A stretch of 64,000 nt of DNA from Bacteroidales bacterium (GCA_031323845.1 JAVIYP010000002.1:17065-81064); one strand, 5' to 3'; shown: positions 48,334 to 60,039, numbered from the stretch's first letter. Translations and numbers: made by a program. The notes: generated by a model not told the origin, from the sequence alone.

Positions 48334-49335
48334 TTAAGGTATCGTTCTTAACCATAAATGTTTTAAAAGAAACTCCATACCCGCTAAACCGAGCGCAAGC
48401 AGGAGTAAAATCATAAACTCATCATTATAGGTTGTAAACTCGACAACATCAATGGTTGTTCGTTCAAGCTGGTCTATTTCAGTATATACATTTTCAAGGG
48501 CCCCCTGACTGTCAGCCCAGTAGTATTTACCTCCTGTCATGTCGGCAATGGCTTGCAGCAGTTCTTCGTCAACCGGGATTTCAACATCACGGTATTGAAC
48601 GCCATAAGGTGTCGGAAAAGGGTAGGGGACATACCCGCTGCTGCCAACACCTATGGTATACACCCTGATGTCGTATAGTGCAGCAATCTCTGCAGCAGTG
48701 AGTGGATCAATCAGTCCTGTATTGTTGATGCCATCGGTCAGCAATACGATTACACGGCTGACAGCATCGCTGTCGCGCAAACGATTGATGGCTGTTGCCA
48801 GCCCGTCACCAATGGCTGTTCCGTCTTCTACCATACCGGTAGTAACGCCAGAGGCTAGCCGTTTCAACAGGGCATGATCAGTGGTGAGCGGAACCAGGGT
48901 AAAGCTCTGGCCACTGAAAACCGTCATACCGATCCTGTCGTTCGGGCGTTTCCCGATAAATTCCATAGCCGTAATTTTTGCTGCCTCCATACGATTTGGC
49001 CTGAAATCTTCCGCAAGCATTGACCCTGAGATATCGAGTGCAATCATGATGTCGATGCCTTCGACTGTAACATCACGTGTACCTGTGGTGCTCTGAGGTC
49101 GCGCCAGTCCCAAAATAAGCAGGGCAACTGCAAACATTCTGAAAACAAAAGGAAGGTGAATCAAGCGCAAACGCAAGGTTTTTCTGACATCACGGATAAA
49201 CGCATCATGAACAAACCGAATGTCAGGAGTTCTTTCCCTGTGCCTCCAGCTATACCACGCCGTAAGCACCGGGATAATTGCCAGCAACAACAGCATCAAA
49301 GGCCTCGCAAATACTATGTCGGAAAACAAACTCAT
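48334..49335 (-). CDS. batA: BatA, VWA domain membrane protein
   Basis: N-terminal 2 TM, VWA MIDAS motif (IALDISGSM) and a C-terminal TM. Confidence 0.85.
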   Translation of the reverse strand: MSLFSDIVFARPLMLLLLAIIPVLTAWYSWRHRERTPDIRFVHDAFIRDVRKTLRLRLIHLPFVFRMFAVALLILGLARPQSTTGTRDVTVEGIDIMIALDISGSMLAEDFRPNRMEAAKITAMEFIGKRPNDRIGMTVFSGQSFTLVPLTTDHALLKRLASGVTTGMVEDGTAIGDGLATAINRLRDSDAVSRVIVLLTDGINNTGLIDPLTAAEIAALYDIRVYTIGVGSSGYVPYPFPTPYGVQYRDVEIPVDEELLQAIADMTGGKYYWADSQGALENVYTEIDQLERTTIDVVEFTTYNDEFMILLLLALGLAGMEFLLKHLWLRTIP

Positions 49336-50270
49336 TCAACGTTCCTTTCTTGTGGTATGGTTGTTTTTATGAAATCCATAGCATCTTCCATGGTCCGCAC
49401 ATGTTCCTGATCTTCAGGCCTGAACTTTGCAAATTTGACTAAATCGGCTGTCAAAAGTATGTCACGAACCAAAGCGATCGTGCTATCTTCAGTCAGAGAT
49501 GAGGGCAAGATATTCATGATCTCAGTCGTGCTCATCTCTATTGCCTGAATATGAAAGCGCTTTGATATGTATTTCCGAAGGATCATGGTCAGTTCACTGT
49601 AATACTGCTTGATGTGTCCCTGTTGCCATAACTCTTTTCGGTTCAGCATTTCAAGGCTTGACAGGGCTGCAATGTGTGCAGGTACCTCCGGTTTATCCCA
49701 TAGTTCAACCTGCTTTTCGGGTTTTTTCTTCTTCTTCAGATAGTTGACAACGAAATACACCATCGCAGCCAGAATCATTAAAGCAAGCACGTAGGGTAAA
49801 AAATCACGCCAGGAATAGGGAATGCGGAACAGAGGCTTTATGTCTTTAATGTCCTGTTCAAGATCAACATCAACGCCTTTTACCTGCAAAAGCCTTGCGG
49901 TGCTTTCCAGGAAAACCGTGTCGTTTTCAAGGATATGTTTAAAGCTTAATGGTGGGAGGGGGATAAAGGCTTCCTTCCAGGCTGTGACAGTGTGTACCTG
50001 TTTAGCTATCAATGTGTTTTCCGTTCTTGCAATGGTGTCGACCTGCCCAAAACGAATGATTTCAATATCGTGAGATTCAATTTCTGAAGCATCCGGCCAA
50101 ACAAGAACACCTCCAACAGGCACTTCAACTTGCAAAGTGAGCACTGAAGGATGGCCTATCAAAATGGTTTCAGGTTCAAAACCAACCTCCACTTGCCTGC
50201 TATGTTCCTCTGCAGCAAAGGTTTGCAAGCTAAGCATCAATAAGGCCATATGTATGAAAAATGCTCTCAT
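49332..50270 (-). CDS. Bat operon membrane protein of unknown function (position 3 of the operon)
   Basis: Signal peptide MRAFFIHMALLMLSLQTFA (start moved to ATG 50270), one mid-protein TM, and an ATGA overlap with batA. Confidence 0.65.
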   Translation of the reverse strand: MRAFFIHMALLMLSLQTFAAEEHSRQVEVGFEPETILIGHPSVLTLQVEVPVGGVLVWPDASEIESHDIEIIRFGQVDTIARTENTLIAKQVHTVTAWKEAFIPLPPLSFKHILENDTVFLESTARLLQVKGVDVDLEQDIKDIKPLFRIPYSWRDFLPYVLALMILAAMVYFVVNYLKKKKKPEKQVELWDKPEVPAHIAALSSLEMLNRKELWQQGHIKQYYSELTMILRKYISKRFHIQAIEMSTTEIMNILPSSLTEDSTIALVRDILLTADLVKFAKFRPEDQEHVRTMEDAMDFIKTTIPQERNVE

Positions 50271-50281
50271 ATTATTGATAA

Positions 50282-51160
50282 TCAATGCTTTAACTGACTT
50301 CTTTTTTTAAATAATCGCATCAGTGGAGGAATGTAGTCTGTGTGAGTCGGAATAACAACGCTGTCCACGCCGGCTTTGGCAAAGGCAGCCTGCATGTATA
50401 TTTTTTGTTGCTGATTATAGTCCGAAATCTTTTGCCTGATGTCTTTTCCTGAGCTATCCAGCCAGTAGGCCCGACCGGTTTCAGCATCCCTGAGCTTAAT
50501 CAGTCCCAGGTTTGGAAGTTCTGTTTCCCGGTTGTCAAAAACACGTAGGCAAATGATGTCATGCTTTCGGGCAACGATGCTCAGGGCTTCTGCATAGGCC
50601 GTGTCCTGAAAATCGGAGATCAGAAAAGCAACGGACCTTTTTTTGATTACATTTCTGAAATACTTTAGCGCATTTGCAATGTCGGTTTTTTTGTGAAGGG
50701 GTTTGAAATCAATCAACTCCCTTATAATTCTGAGAATGTGCGCCGTACCTTTTTTGGGTGGTATAAACTTTTCAATCTGGTCGCTGAAAAAAATTACGCC
50801 GACTTTATCATTGTTATTGATGGCCGAAAAGGAAAGTACGGCTGCAATTTCTGTGATTACCTGTTCTTTTATCCTGCCGGAAGCACCAAATTCATTTGAA
50901 CCGCTGATATCAATCAGCAGCATTACGGTTAATTCACGTTCCTCCTCAAATACCTTTACATAGGGATGATTGAACCGCGCTGTTACGTTCCAGTCAATGT
51001 TTCTGATGTCGTCGCCAAAGTAATACTCACGCACTTCGGTAAATGCCATACCACGCCCTTTGAAAGCACTGTGATAATGACCCGTAAACAGCTGGTTCGA
51101 AATGCCACGGGTCTTTATTTCAATTTTTCGTACTTTTTTGATCAGTTCGGTGGTATCCAT
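50282..51160 (-). CDS. DUF58 domain-containing protein (MoxR-associated)
   Basis: HYHSAFKGRGMAFTEVREYYFGDDIRNIDWNVTAR...LIDISGS. Confidence 0.85.
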   Translation of the reverse strand: MDTTELIKKVRKIEIKTRGISNQLFTGHYHSAFKGRGMAFTEVREYYFGDDIRNIDWNVTARFNHPYVKVFEEERELTVMLLIDISGSNEFGASGRIKEQVITEIAAVLSFSAINNNDKVGVIFFSDQIEKFIPPKKGTAHILRIIRELIDFKPLHKKTDIANALKYFRNVIKKRSVAFLISDFQDTAYAEALSIVARKHDIICLRVFDNRETELPNLGLIKLRDAETGRAYWLDSSGKDIRQKISDYNQQQKIYMQAAFAKAGVDSVVIPTHTDYIPPLMRLFKKRSQLKH

Positions 51161-51236
51161 AGCTCATTCGCTCATTTGCCGGTTACATAGAGCACGGTCT
51201 GTTGTACATGTGCTTCATTCAATACAAATCAAGCCT

Positions 51237-52220
51237 TTAAGGAACTTCAACCGTATTGAGGATGTTGTTGATGATTTCTTCAGCAGTAATATTTTCAGCT
51301 TCAGCTTCATAGGTAAGCCCTATGCGATGCCTGAGCACATCATGGCATACCGCCCTGATGTCTTCGGGAATTACATACCCTCTCTGAAGTATGAAAGCAT
51401 AGGCTTTTGCCGCCAGTGCCAGGTTGATGCTTGCTCTCGGCGAACCTCCATAGCTGATCAGCGGGGCCAGGTCGGCAAGTTTATACTGATCCGGGTAGCG
51501 TGTTGCAAACACGATATCGGTAATGTAGTTTTCAATTTTTTCGTCCAGGTACACCTGCCTGACAACCTGCCTGGCCTTAATGATGTCTTTGGGTTCAAGA
51601 ACGGTTGATGTTTCCGGAAAAATTTCCTCCATATTCTGACGTAAGATCAGTTTTTCTTCTTCGCGTGTAGGATATCCTATAAGTACTTTCATCATAAAGC
51701 GGTCAACCTGGGCTTCGGGCAGGGGATAGGTGCCTTCCTGCTCCAGGGGGTTTTCCGTGGCGAGCACCAGGAAGGGTTCGTCGAGAACAAAACTATGATC
51801 GCCAATGGTAACCTGGCGTTCCTGCATGGCTTCCAGTAAGGCGCTCTGTACTTTTGCCGGTGACCTGTTGATTTCATCAGCAAGGATAAAATTGGCAAAT
51901 ACAGGGCCCTTGCGCACCAGGAATTCTTCGGTTTTCTGGCTGTAAATCATAGTGCCTATAAGGTCGGCAGGCAGCAGGTCAGGTGTAAACTGAATGCGAC
52001 TGAACCTGGCTTTGATAGTTTTAGCCAATGATTTAATAGCCAGCGTTTTAGCAAGCCCTGGAACTCCTTCCAGCAAAATATGTCCATTGGCCAGTAAGCC
52101 GATCAGCAGCCTGTCTACCATGGCTTTCTGTCCAACGATAACCTTTTGCATTTCGTCATTAAGCACTTTTACAAACAGGCTTTCCTGTTGTATGCGTTCA
52201 TTCAGTTCTCTTATGTCCAT
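51237..52220 (-). CDS. moxR: MoxR family AAA+ ATPase
   Basis: 327 aa. Walker A LEGVPGLAKT, Walker B ILADEINR and a MoxR C-terminal lid. Confidence 0.92.
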   Translation of the reverse strand: MDIRELNERIQQESLFVKVLNDEMQKVIVGQKAMVDRLLIGLLANGHILLEGVPGLAKTLAIKSLAKTIKARFSRIQFTPDLLPADLIGTMIYSQKTEEFLVRKGPVFANFILADEINRSPAKVQSALLEAMQERQVTIGDHSFVLDEPFLVLATENPLEQEGTYPLPEAQVDRFMMKVLIGYPTREEEKLILRQNMEEIFPETSTVLEPKDIIKARQVVRQVYLDEKIENYITDIVFATRYPDQYKLADLAPLISYGGSPRASINLALAAKAYAFILQRGYVIPEDIRAVCHDVLRHRIGLTYEAEAENITAEEIINNILNTVEVP

Positions 52221-52258
52221 GATGAAGAAAATGTTTATAAAACATCGTTTTTATAAGG

Positions 52259-52266
52259 CAAAAATA
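52259..52266 (-). promoter_or_regulatory. -7 promoter box (TATTTTTG) upstream of the moxR-bat operon
   Basis: Perfect TAnnTTTG on the minus strand, 39 nt upstream of the moxR ATG. Confidence 0.45.
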
Positions 52267-52402
52267 TAGTCTGAAGCATTACCAAAAACAGTGATGTCGG
52301 TTAAAAAATGTTAAAAGACTGATATACAGCGTGTTAAAAGATAAAATTAATAATTGATTCCGTGCTTGAGCAATAATTTTTCCTTGTGTAGGCAAACTAC
52401 AT

Positions 52403-52410
52403 TAAATTTG
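52403..52410 (+). promoter_or_regulatory. -7 promoter box (TAAATTTG) upstream of the FkbM methyltransferase gene
   Basis: Perfect TAnnTTTG, 33 nt upstream of the ATG at 52443. Confidence 0.45.
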
Positions 52411-52442
52411 CATGGAAAAAATAAGGGCGTATCTAAGTCGAA

Positions 52443-53174
52443 ATGGCAAAACATCCTATAAAAAAAATCGTAAAGCGTTGTTTATCAAGTGCTGGTATTG
52501 CATTGACAAAAAACATGCATTACGATCGTCTTACACATCTGTTAATGAAAAGGGTGTTGAGTGATAAGTCCTGCTGTATTGATGTCGGATCGCATGACGG
52601 TGAGATGCTCGACCGTATGCTGTCGCTGGCACCAGAGGGCGTTCACTTTGCATTTGAGCCGATACCTGTGTTGTATGCATCGCTTCACCAGCAATACGGG
52701 AGTCGTGTACAGGTTTATCCTTATGCCTTATCTGATGTGTCGGGAACCAACGTCTTTCATTACGCGAGAAAAGCTCCGGCATACAGTGGATTAAAGAAAC
52801 GAGCCTATGCGGTTCATGAGCCCGATGTTGTTGAAATAGAAGTAGAAACAAGAAGACTGGATGCGCTGATTCCTGAATCGGTTCATATAGATTTTATAAA
52901 AATTGATGTTGAGGGAGCCGAGTTTCTCGTATTCCGGGGAGCCGAAAAACTTTTGAAACGTTGCAAACCCGTTGTTGTTTTTGAATTTGGTTTGGGAGCC
53001 AGTGATTTTTACCAGACACAGCCTGCAGACATTTATCATTTTCTTAGTGACAAGGCAGGACTTAACATATCACTGCTGGATGATTTCCTTTCAGGAAACG
53101 AACCTTTAAGCCTGGAACAGTTTGCAGGTAATTACCATCAGAAGCTGGAGTATTATTTTGTAGCCCATCCTTAA
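52443..53174 (+). CDS. FkbM family methyltransferase
   Basis: 243 aa. IDVGSHDGE SAM-binding loop and the FIKIDVEGAE motif. Confidence 0.8.
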   Translation: MAKHPIKKIVKRCLSSAGIALTKNMHYDRLTHLLMKRVLSDKSCCIDVGSHDGEMLDRMLSLAPEGVHFAFEPIPVLYASLHQQYGSRVQVYPYALSDVSGTNVFHYARKAPAYSGLKKRAYAVHEPDVVEIEVETRRLDALIPESVHIDFIKIDVEGAEFLVFRGAEKLLKRCKPVVVFEFGLGASDFYQTQPADIYHFLSDKAGLNISLLDDFLSGNEPLSLEQFAGNYHQKLEYYFVAHP

Positions 53175-53234
53175 AATTTTTTCAATACAAATGTTATATA
53201 ATTAATATTATGTTAAATAGAGGTTTTGTAAGAG

Positions 53235-53268
53235 GGGGAGTGCCACAATCAGACACTCCCCTGTTTAT
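53235..53268. terminator. Hairpin between convergent genes (GGGGAGTG-11 nt-CACTCCCC then TGTTTATT)
   Basis: 8-bp GC-rich stem with a modest T-rich tail on the plus strand. Confidence 0.45.
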
Positions 53269-53303
53269 TCTGTAATGTAATTACCTGTATTCAAACATAA
53301 ATA

Positions 53304-54518
53304 CTATTCTTCCGTGCCGTAAAACCTTTCATACAGCGGTCTGATCTCCTCCAGTTTGTCGGGCTGGTTGGTTCTGGCATAAAGTTCTACGAGCGAAATA
53401 ACTACGATTCGTAAATTGGGGTCATCATCATCGATCATTTCCATTGATTGCTCAAGATAAGGCTGGGCTTCGAGCCAGGCATCCCTGAACATTTTTTCAT
53501 CTTCCTCATACTGACGGAAGTCATGAGTTTCACGAAGCCGCTCTTCCGCCTCTTCGAAAATCCGGATACCCCTGTTAAAATATAGAACGCCAAGGTTATA
53601 GACGGCATCAAAATAATCTGGATTCAACTCTATGGCCTTTTCGTAAGCTTTGACAGCCTCATTAAAGGCAAACAGACGTTCTTCATCGGTATAGGTTGTA
53701 TCCTGGGCCATCTTATCATAATTAGCGCCAAACGCGAAATATAGGCTCGGGTTGTCCGGGTCTCTTTCGATGGCAATATTCAGGATGGCTTCAGCTTGCT
53801 CTATATCTCCTGTAAAGATATGGATGTTGGCCTCTGTAAAAATGAGATCCAGATCTTCTGGATAAACTTCACGTCCGAACTGAATATATTCGGTAGCCTG
53901 CAAGGTGTCGCCAAGTGTCATGGAAATATTGGCCAGGGACGAATATATAAACGGCTGATCGTACCTGAGTTCTTTCAGGTCAAGATACCACCCTTTTGCT
54001 CTTTCCAGGTCACGGCCCAATTCGGCCGACAAAGCAGCATTGTAAAGGGTTGTCGTATCAACGGCATCAAAGAACAGGTTTATTTCATAGGCCCTGAAAA
54101 AGTTGTCGGCAGCCTTAATCCATTGTTCTTGGTTGTAATAATCCACACCTTCGTTAAAGACAAGCTCGGAAAGCAGCAGCATAGCTTGCTGAATTTCAAG
54201 ATAAAAAACATTATTCTCATCGAATTCCTGTACTTTCTGGAGGGCTTCGTCAGCAACACCGATGGGATTGTCCGAAAGCTTCCTGTATTCAGGTTTTTCA
54301 CTCACTGCAATGGCCAGGTGCAATTGAGCTTTGAGCATCCAGAACTCCGGATCGCTGAACACACTTTCATGTTCTTTTGCCGCTTCGAGGTGTTCTTTTG
54401 CTTCATCCAGGACTTCACGGCCTAACTGTCGATTGGCACGCCGCAACTCTCTTGACTGAGAGTAAAGTACTGAAGATGAGAGTATTAATATCAGTGATAA
54501 AGTTAGCAAGCGTTTCAT
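53304..54518 (-). CDS. TPR repeat protein, secreted
   Basis: 404 aa. Signal peptide and multiple TPR units (AIELNPDYFDAVYNLGVLYFNRG). Confidence 0.75.
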   Translation of the reverse strand: MKRLLTLSLILILSSSVLYSQSRELRRANRQLGREVLDEAKEHLEAAKEHESVFSDPEFWMLKAQLHLAIAVSEKPEYRKLSDNPIGVADEALQKVQEFDENNVFYLEIQQAMLLLSELVFNEGVDYYNQEQWIKAADNFFRAYEINLFFDAVDTTTLYNAALSAELGRDLERAKGWYLDLKELRYDQPFIYSSLANISMTLGDTLQATEYIQFGREVYPEDLDLIFTEANIHIFTGDIEQAEAILNIAIERDPDNPSLYFAFGANYDKMAQDTTYTDEERLFAFNEAVKAYEKAIELNPDYFDAVYNLGVLYFNRGIRIFEEAEERLRETHDFRQYEEDEKMFRDAWLEAQPYLEQSMEMIDDDDPNLRIVVISLVELYARTNQPDKLEEIRPLYERFYGTEE

Positions 54519-54574
54519 TTTTCTTTATTTTGAGGGTTAATATGAATGTAATTCAAAATACTGACTAATTATGA

Positions 54575-54582
54575 CAAAAATA
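54575..54582 (-). promoter_or_regulatory. -7 promoter box (TATTTTTG) upstream of the TPR gene
   Basis: Perfect TAnnTTTG on the minus strand, 57 nt upstream of the ATG at 54518. Confidence 0.35.
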
Positions 54583-54631
54583 GGAATAATTTAATACAAA
54601 ACAAGGCTATGCGTAATTTATGTCCTTATCC

Positions 54632-57169
54632 TTATGGCTGGGGTTCGTTATCCGGAGTGGAAGCAGGAGCATCTTCTTCATGCTCTGATGGCAAAACATC
54701 GTCAATTTCGGCGCCGTTGCTGCCGTTTAGGGCTTTCTCCTGTACTTTGGTCACAGCCGCTATCTTATCCCCTTCTTTCAAAGAAATAAGTTTAACACCC
54801 TGTGTGGCTCTTCCCATTTCTCTTAACTCATCAACGGGTACCCTGATGGTAATGCCTGATTTGTTGATGATCATGAGATGGTCGTTGTCATTCACGTTGA
54901 CCATGGCGATCAGTGGACCTGTTTTGTCAGTGATGTTTAGCGTTTTAACGCCTTTACCGCCCCTGTTGGTAATGCGGTATTCCTCCAGGATTGATCTTTT
55001 TCCATAACCGTTCTCACTGACAACGAGTATGCTGCTAAGCGTATCAGTTACACACACCATTCCAACTACTTCATCCTGTTCATCAGCCAGGCTTATGCCT
55101 TTTACACCGGCGGCGTTACGGCCCATGGCTCTTACTTTGCTTTCGTTGAACCTGATGGCTTTACCGCTGCGCAATCCGATCAGGATCTCATTGTTTCCGT
55201 TGGTCAGTGAGGCTTCCAGCAGTTCATCATCTTCCCTGATGTTGATGGCGATGATGCCGTTGGCTCTTGGCCGGCTGTATGCGGCCAGGTTTGTCTTTTT
55301 AATCACACCTTTCTGTGTGCACAGGATAATAAAATTATTGTTGATGTATTCCTGATCCGTAAGGTCTTTTACATTCACAAAGGCTTTGATTTTATCGTCT
55401 GAAGGAATGTTGATCAGGTTCTGGATGGCCCTGCCTTTTGATGTTTTGGTGCCTTCAGGAATTTCAAACACACGCATCCAGAAGCACTTGCCTTTTTCCG
55501 TAAAGAAAAGGAGGTAATTATGGTTGGTTGCTGCAAACAGATACTCCACGAAATCGTCATCACGGGTGACCGAGCCTCTTGAGCCGCGTCCTCCCCTGCC
55601 CTGCAGGCGAAACTCCGACAACAGGGTACGCTTAATATATCCGAGATGAGAAATCGTAATCACCACATCCTCATCAGGTATGGTGTCTTCAATTCTGAAG
55701 TCGTTGGCCGTGTATTCTATCTCAGAGCGTGTTTTGTCGCCGTATTTCTGTTTCACCTCCTGGAGTTCTTCTATTATGATGTTCATTCTCAATGAAATAT
55801 CATCTAAAACAGACTTCAGGTGTTCAATCCTGGCAAGCAACTCCTGGTATTCGTTCTGGATTTTGTCTCTCTCCAGTCCTGTCAGTCGCTGAAGGCGCAT
55901 GTCGAGAATGGCACGGGCCTGTATTTCTGTAAGCCCGAATCTTTCTATGAGGCCTGATTTTGCCTCATCGGGTGTTTGTGAGGCCCTGATAAGCGCAATG
56001 ACCTCGTCGATGTTATCCAGTGCAATCAGGAGTCCTTCAAGTATATGAGCACGTTTTTCCGCTTCCTGCAGTTCGTATTGCGTCCGGCGGGTTACGACCT
56101 CATGGCGGTGATCCACATAATGCCTGATGAGTTCCTTAAGGTTCAGCAACATTGGTCTACCGTTAACCAGGGCAATGTTGTTTACGTTAAACGAAGATTG
56201 CAGGGCGGTGTGCTGGTAGAGCAGGTTAAGGACTACATTAGGCACGGCGTCTTTGCGAAGTTCATAAACGATGCGCATTCCTTTCCTGTCAGATTCATCG
56301 CGGATATCTGTAATGCCTTCAATTTTTTTATCATTTACCAGGTCGGCTGTTTTTTTGATCATTTCGGCTTTATTGACCTGGTATGGGACAGAGGTGGCCA
56401 CGATGGCTTCTTTGCCGTTGTCGAGTACTTCGAGGTTTGTTTCTCCCCTGACCACAATTCTGCCTCTTCCGGTGTGGTAGGCATCCCTGACGCCCTCATA
56501 ACCGTAGATCAAGCCGCCTGTTGGAAAATCGGGAGCTTTGATGTATTGCATCAATTCGTCAATACTGATGTCGTTATTGCCGATGTAGGCAATGATGCCG
56601 TCCACCACTTCATTTAAATTGTGCGGGGGCATGTTGGTAGCCATACCGACGGCTATTCCTGAAGATCCATTGACAAGCAGATTCGGAATTTTTGCCGGCA
56701 GCACGGAGGGCTCCTTCAGGGTATCATCAAAGTTCAACTGGAAGTCGACGGTGTCCTTGTCAATATCGGCCAGCATTTCTTCGGTGATCTTTTGCATCCG
56801 GGCTTCGGTGTAACGCATGGCGGCCGGGCTGTCGCCGTCAATACTGCCGTAGTTTCCCTGGCCGTCAACCAGGGGGTAGCGCAACGACCAGTCCTGGGCC
56901 ATCCTTACCATGGCGTCATAAACGGAACTATCGCCATGCGGGTGGTACTTACCCAGCACCTCCCCCACTATCCTTGCTGATTTTTTAAACGGCCTGTTAC
57001 TTAATACGCCCAGATCGTGCATGCCAAACAATACACGGCGATGAACCGGCTTGAGTCCGTCACGGACATCAGGTAACGCCCTCGAGACAATTACAGACAT
57101 GGCATAATCAATGTATGCCGTCTTCATTTGCTCTTCAATATCAACCTTTAAAATTCGCACTTCCGACAT
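54632..57169 (-). CDS. gyrA: DNA gyrase subunit A
   Basis: [28 protein letters not shown]; the active-site region AAMRYTE; a C-terminal beta-pinwheel and acidic tail. The start is moved to the Met at 57169 (MSEVRILKV). Confidence 0.97.
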   Translation of the reverse strand: MSEVRILKVDIEEQMKTAYIDYAMSVIVSRALPDVRDGLKPVHRRVLFGMHDLGVLSNRPFKKSARIVGEVLGKYHPHGDSSVYDAMVRMAQDWSLRYPLVDGQGNYGSIDGDSPAAMRYTEARMQKITEEMLADIDKDTVDFQLNFDDTLKEPSVLPAKIPNLLVNGSSGIAVGMATNMPPHNLNEVVDGIIAYIGNNDISIDELMQYIKAPDFPTGGLIYGYEGVRDAYHTGRGRIVVRGETNLEVLDNGKEAIVATSVPYQVNKAEMIKKTADLVNDKKIEGITDIRDESDRKGMRIVYELRKDAVPNVVLNLLYQHTALQSSFNVNNIALVNGRPMLLNLKELIRHYVDHRHEVVTRRTQYELQEAEKRAHILEGLLIALDNIDEVIALIRASQTPDEAKSGLIERFGLTEIQARAILDMRLQRLTGLERDKIQNEYQELLARIEHLKSVLDDISLRMNIIIEELQEVKQKYGDKTRSEIEYTANDFRIEDTIPDEDVVITISHLGYIKRTLLSEFRLQGRGGRGSRGSVTRDDDFVEYLFAATNHNYLLFFTEKGKCFWMRVFEIPEGTKTSKGRAIQNLINIPSDDKIKAFVNVKDLTDQEYINNNFIILCTQKGVIKKTNLAAYSRPRANGIIAINIREDDELLEASLTNGNNEILIGLRSGKAIRFNESKVRAMGRNAAGVKGISLADEQDEVVGMVCVTDTLSSILVVSENGYGKRSILEEYRITNRGGKGVKTLNITDKTGPLIAMVNVNDNDHLMIINKSGITIRVPVDELREMGRATQGVKLISLKEGDKIAAVTKVQEKALNGSNGAEIDDVLPSEHEEDAPASTPDNEPQP

Positions 57170-57370
57170 CTGAAAACCAATAATTTTATGAAAAAATAAC
57201 GAGATTGAAAAAACATACGAAAATACGCATTTTTTGCTTATCAAAAGCCAAGTTTTTCAAAGCTTTCACATTTTATTTTCCAACATTTGCCGTTAATAAT
57301 TGTTAATCATTTGTACTTGGTTTTAGCATTTTGATTAATATTGTAGAAATATATATAGTAGCTGTTAGTT

Positions 57371-59941
57371 ATGGAAGCAAAATTTTCGCCGGTTGTTAAG
57401 GATGTGATCACCTATAGCCGTGAAGAAGCATTGAGAAACGGCAACAATTACATAGGGATTGAGCATTTCCTGCTGGGACTTATCAGGGAGGGAGAAAACC
57501 TGGCTGTTCAGATTTTGACTCAATTAGGTGTTGACCTGAAGCAGTTGAAGCACACCATTGAAAAAACCATAAAAGGTGACCTGCCGGTTAACCGAAGTGT
57601 TGAGAACATCCCTCTTGTAAAGCAGGCTGAGCGTGTTTTGAAGATCACCTATCTCGAAGCCAAGCTGTTTAACAGCGAATTGATTGGTGCGGAGCATTTG
57701 TTGTTGTCGATACTCAAGGATACGGAAAATCTTGCCACGCGCTTGTTGAATCAGCAAGGTGTTGATTATGAACTGATAAGAGATCAGGTGAAGCATGTTC
57801 AAAGTGGTTTTGAAGATACACCCAGGAAGGATGTTCGTGATGAGCTTTCTCAAAGCGATGATGATGATACTTCGGAAGGTGGAGGATTTGGAGGCGGCAT
57901 GAAAAAGTCATCCGAAAAATCGAGTACACCCGTGCTTGACAATTTCGGACGTGACCTCACCCGTGCTGCCGAGGAAGACAGGCTGGATCCTGTTGTGGGG
58001 CGTGAACGGGAGTTGGAACGCATTGCCCAGATCCTTTCCAGGCGTAAGAAAAACAACCCTATCCTCATTGGTGAGCCCGGAGTTGGCAAATCGGCTATTG
58101 CAGAAGGTCTTGCGCTGCGTATCGTGCAGAGAAGAGTATCCCGTGCCTTGTTTAACAAACGCATTGTTACGCTTGATCTGGCTTCGCTTGTTGCCGGCAC
58201 AAAATACCGCGGTCAGTTCGAAGAACGAATGAAAGCCCTGCTCAACGAGCTGGAGAAGAACCCCCAGGTCATTCTGTTTATTGATGAATTGCATACCATT
58301 GTGGGTGCCGGAGGTGCATCTGGTTCGCTGGATGCCTCCAATATGTTCAAACCTGCACTGGCCCGGGGAGAAATACAATGCATCGGGGCAACTACCATGG
58401 ATGAATACCGTCAGCATATTGAGAAAGACGGTGCCCTTGAACGCCGCTTTCAGAAAATCATCATTGACCCCACGTCTGCTGAGGAAACCATGGAGATTCT
58501 CAATAATATCAAATCCAAATACGAAGACCATCACCTGGTCAGATATTCGGATGAAGCCATTAAGGCCTGTGTGTATCTGACTGACCGGTATGTTAGTGAC
58601 CGCTACCTGCCCGATAAGGCAATTGATGCCCTGGATGAAGCCGGTTCACGCGTTCACATTACCAACATCAGGGTTCCTGAAGAAATTATCAACATAGAAG
58701 CCAGCATTGACAACGTCCGTGAAGAGAAAACCAGGGCGATAAAAAGCCAGAAGTATGAGCAGGCGGCAAAATTCCGCGACCAGGAAAGAGAGCTCATTGA
58801 AAAGCTCGAGGAGGAAAAAAGAAGGTGGGAAAAGGAATCTCAGCTGCACAGGGAGATCGTGAGCGAACAGAATGTTTCGGAGGTGGTCTCTATGATGACA
58901 GGAGTACCCGTTCAGCGTATAGCCCTGAATGAGGGCGAACGGCTCATCAGTATGGAAAAAGACCTGGAAAAAAGCGTTGTCGGTCAAAGTGAAGCAATCA
59001 GGAAGATAGTGAAAAGCATACGGCGCAATCGTGCCGGATTGAAAGACCCGTCCAAGCCGATCGGTTCGTTTATTTTCCTTGGACCAACCGGTGTTGGTAA
59101 AACGCATCTGGCCAAAGTTCTTTCGCACCACTTGTTCGACTCCGACGATGCCATCATCAGGATCGACATGAGCGAGTATATGGAAAAATTTGCCGTGAGT
59201 CGCCTGGTTGGAGCGCCTCCCGGATATGTTGGCTATGAAGAGGGCGGGCAGCTCACTGAAAAAGTTCGCAGAAAACCATATTCCGTCCTTTTGCTGGATG
59301 AGATTGAAAAAGCGCACCCGGATGTCTTTCATCTGCTTTTGCAGATGCTTGACGACGGACAGCTTACCGACAGCCTGGGCCGTCGTGTTGACTTCAAAAA
59401 TACCATCATCATCATGACCTCCAACATCGGGTCAAGGCAGCTTAAGGATTTTGGCATGGGCGTTGGTTTCAATACCCCGGCCCGGCAGGCTGCATCTAAA
59501 GAATATACCCAGAGTGTGATAGAAAATGCGCTGAAAAAAACCTTTGCCCCGGAGTTTCTTAACCGCGTTGATGATGTGGTGATCTTCGACGCTCTTCAGA
59601 AAGAACATATCTTCCAGATCATTGACATTGAACTTAAAAGGCTCTTTAAAAGAGTTGACGACCTTGGATACCAGATCAAACTTACGGATGCGGCCAAGGA
59701 GTTCATTGCCGAAAAAGGCTGGGATCCCAGCTTTGGTGCCAGACCGTTGAAACGTGCGATCCAAAAGTACCTGGAAGACCCCCTTGCTGAAGAAATCATC
59801 AGGAGCAAAGTTGCTGAAGGTGATGTTATCGAAGTTGACTATAAGACAGATGACGAAGAAATATCCATCAAGGTGAAAGCGGCCAAAAACAAAAAGAAGG
59901 CGGCATCTTCAGAGGAAAAAATGGCGGAGGGTAATGAATGA
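57371..59941 (+). CDS. clpC: ATP-dependent Clp protease ATP-binding subunit ClpC-type
   Basis: 856 aa. Two Clp_N repeats, two AAA+ modules, and a short UVR-like linker ([22 protein letters not shown]). Confidence 0.92.
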   Translation: MEAKFSPVVKDVITYSREEALRNGNNYIGIEHFLLGLIREGENLAVQILTQLGVDLKQLKHTIEKTIKGDLPVNRSVENIPLVKQAERVLKITYLEAKLFNSELIGAEHLLLSILKDTENLATRLLNQQGVDYELIRDQVKHVQSGFEDTPRKDVRDELSQSDDDDTSEGGGFGGGMKKSSEKSSTPVLDNFGRDLTRAAEEDRLDPVVGRERELERIAQILSRRKKNNPILIGEPGVGKSAIAEGLALRIVQRRVSRALFNKRIVTLDLASLVAGTKYRGQFEERMKALLNELEKNPQVILFIDELHTIVGAGGASGSLDASNMFKPALARGEIQCIGATTMDEYRQHIEKDGALERRFQKIIIDPTSAEETMEILNNIKSKYEDHHLVRYSDEAIKACVYLTDRYVSDRYLPDKAIDALDEAGSRVHITNIRVPEEIINIEASIDNVREEKTRAIKSQKYEQAAKFRDQERELIEKLEEEKRRWEKESQLHREIVSEQNVSEVVSMMTGVPVQRIALNEGERLISMEKDLEKSVVGQSEAIRKIVKSIRRNRAGLKDPSKPIGSFIFLGPTGVGKTHLAKVLSHHLFDSDDAIIRIDMSEYMEKFAVSRLVGAPPGYVGYEEGGQLTEKVRRKPYSVLLLDEIEKAHPDVFHLLLQMLDDGQLTDSLGRRVDFKNTIIIMTSNIGSRQLKDFGMGVGFNTPARQAASKEYTQSVIENALKKTFAPEFLNRVDDVVIFDALQKEHIFQIIDIELKRLFKRVDDLGYQIKLTDAAKEFIAEKGWDPSFGARPLKRAIQKYLEDPLAEEIIRSKVAEGDVIEVDYKTDDEEISIKVKAAKNKKKAASSEEKMAEGNE

Positions 59942-59979
59942 CAGCCTGCTGAAACAGGTCAGTCTCCCCTTATAAAATT

Positions 59980-60022
59980 AACGTCCGGTTAACCTTCATT
60001 AAATGAATGCTAACCGGACGTT
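59980..60022. terminator. Bidirectional terminator between clpC and the acyl-CoA dehydrogenase gene
   Basis: Perfect 12-bp stem AACGTCCGGTTA/TAACCGGACGTT with a 19-nt loop. A T-run follows on the minus strand (TTTTATAA). Confidence 0.7.
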
Positions 60023-60039
60023 GCTGTTATTCTATGTAC

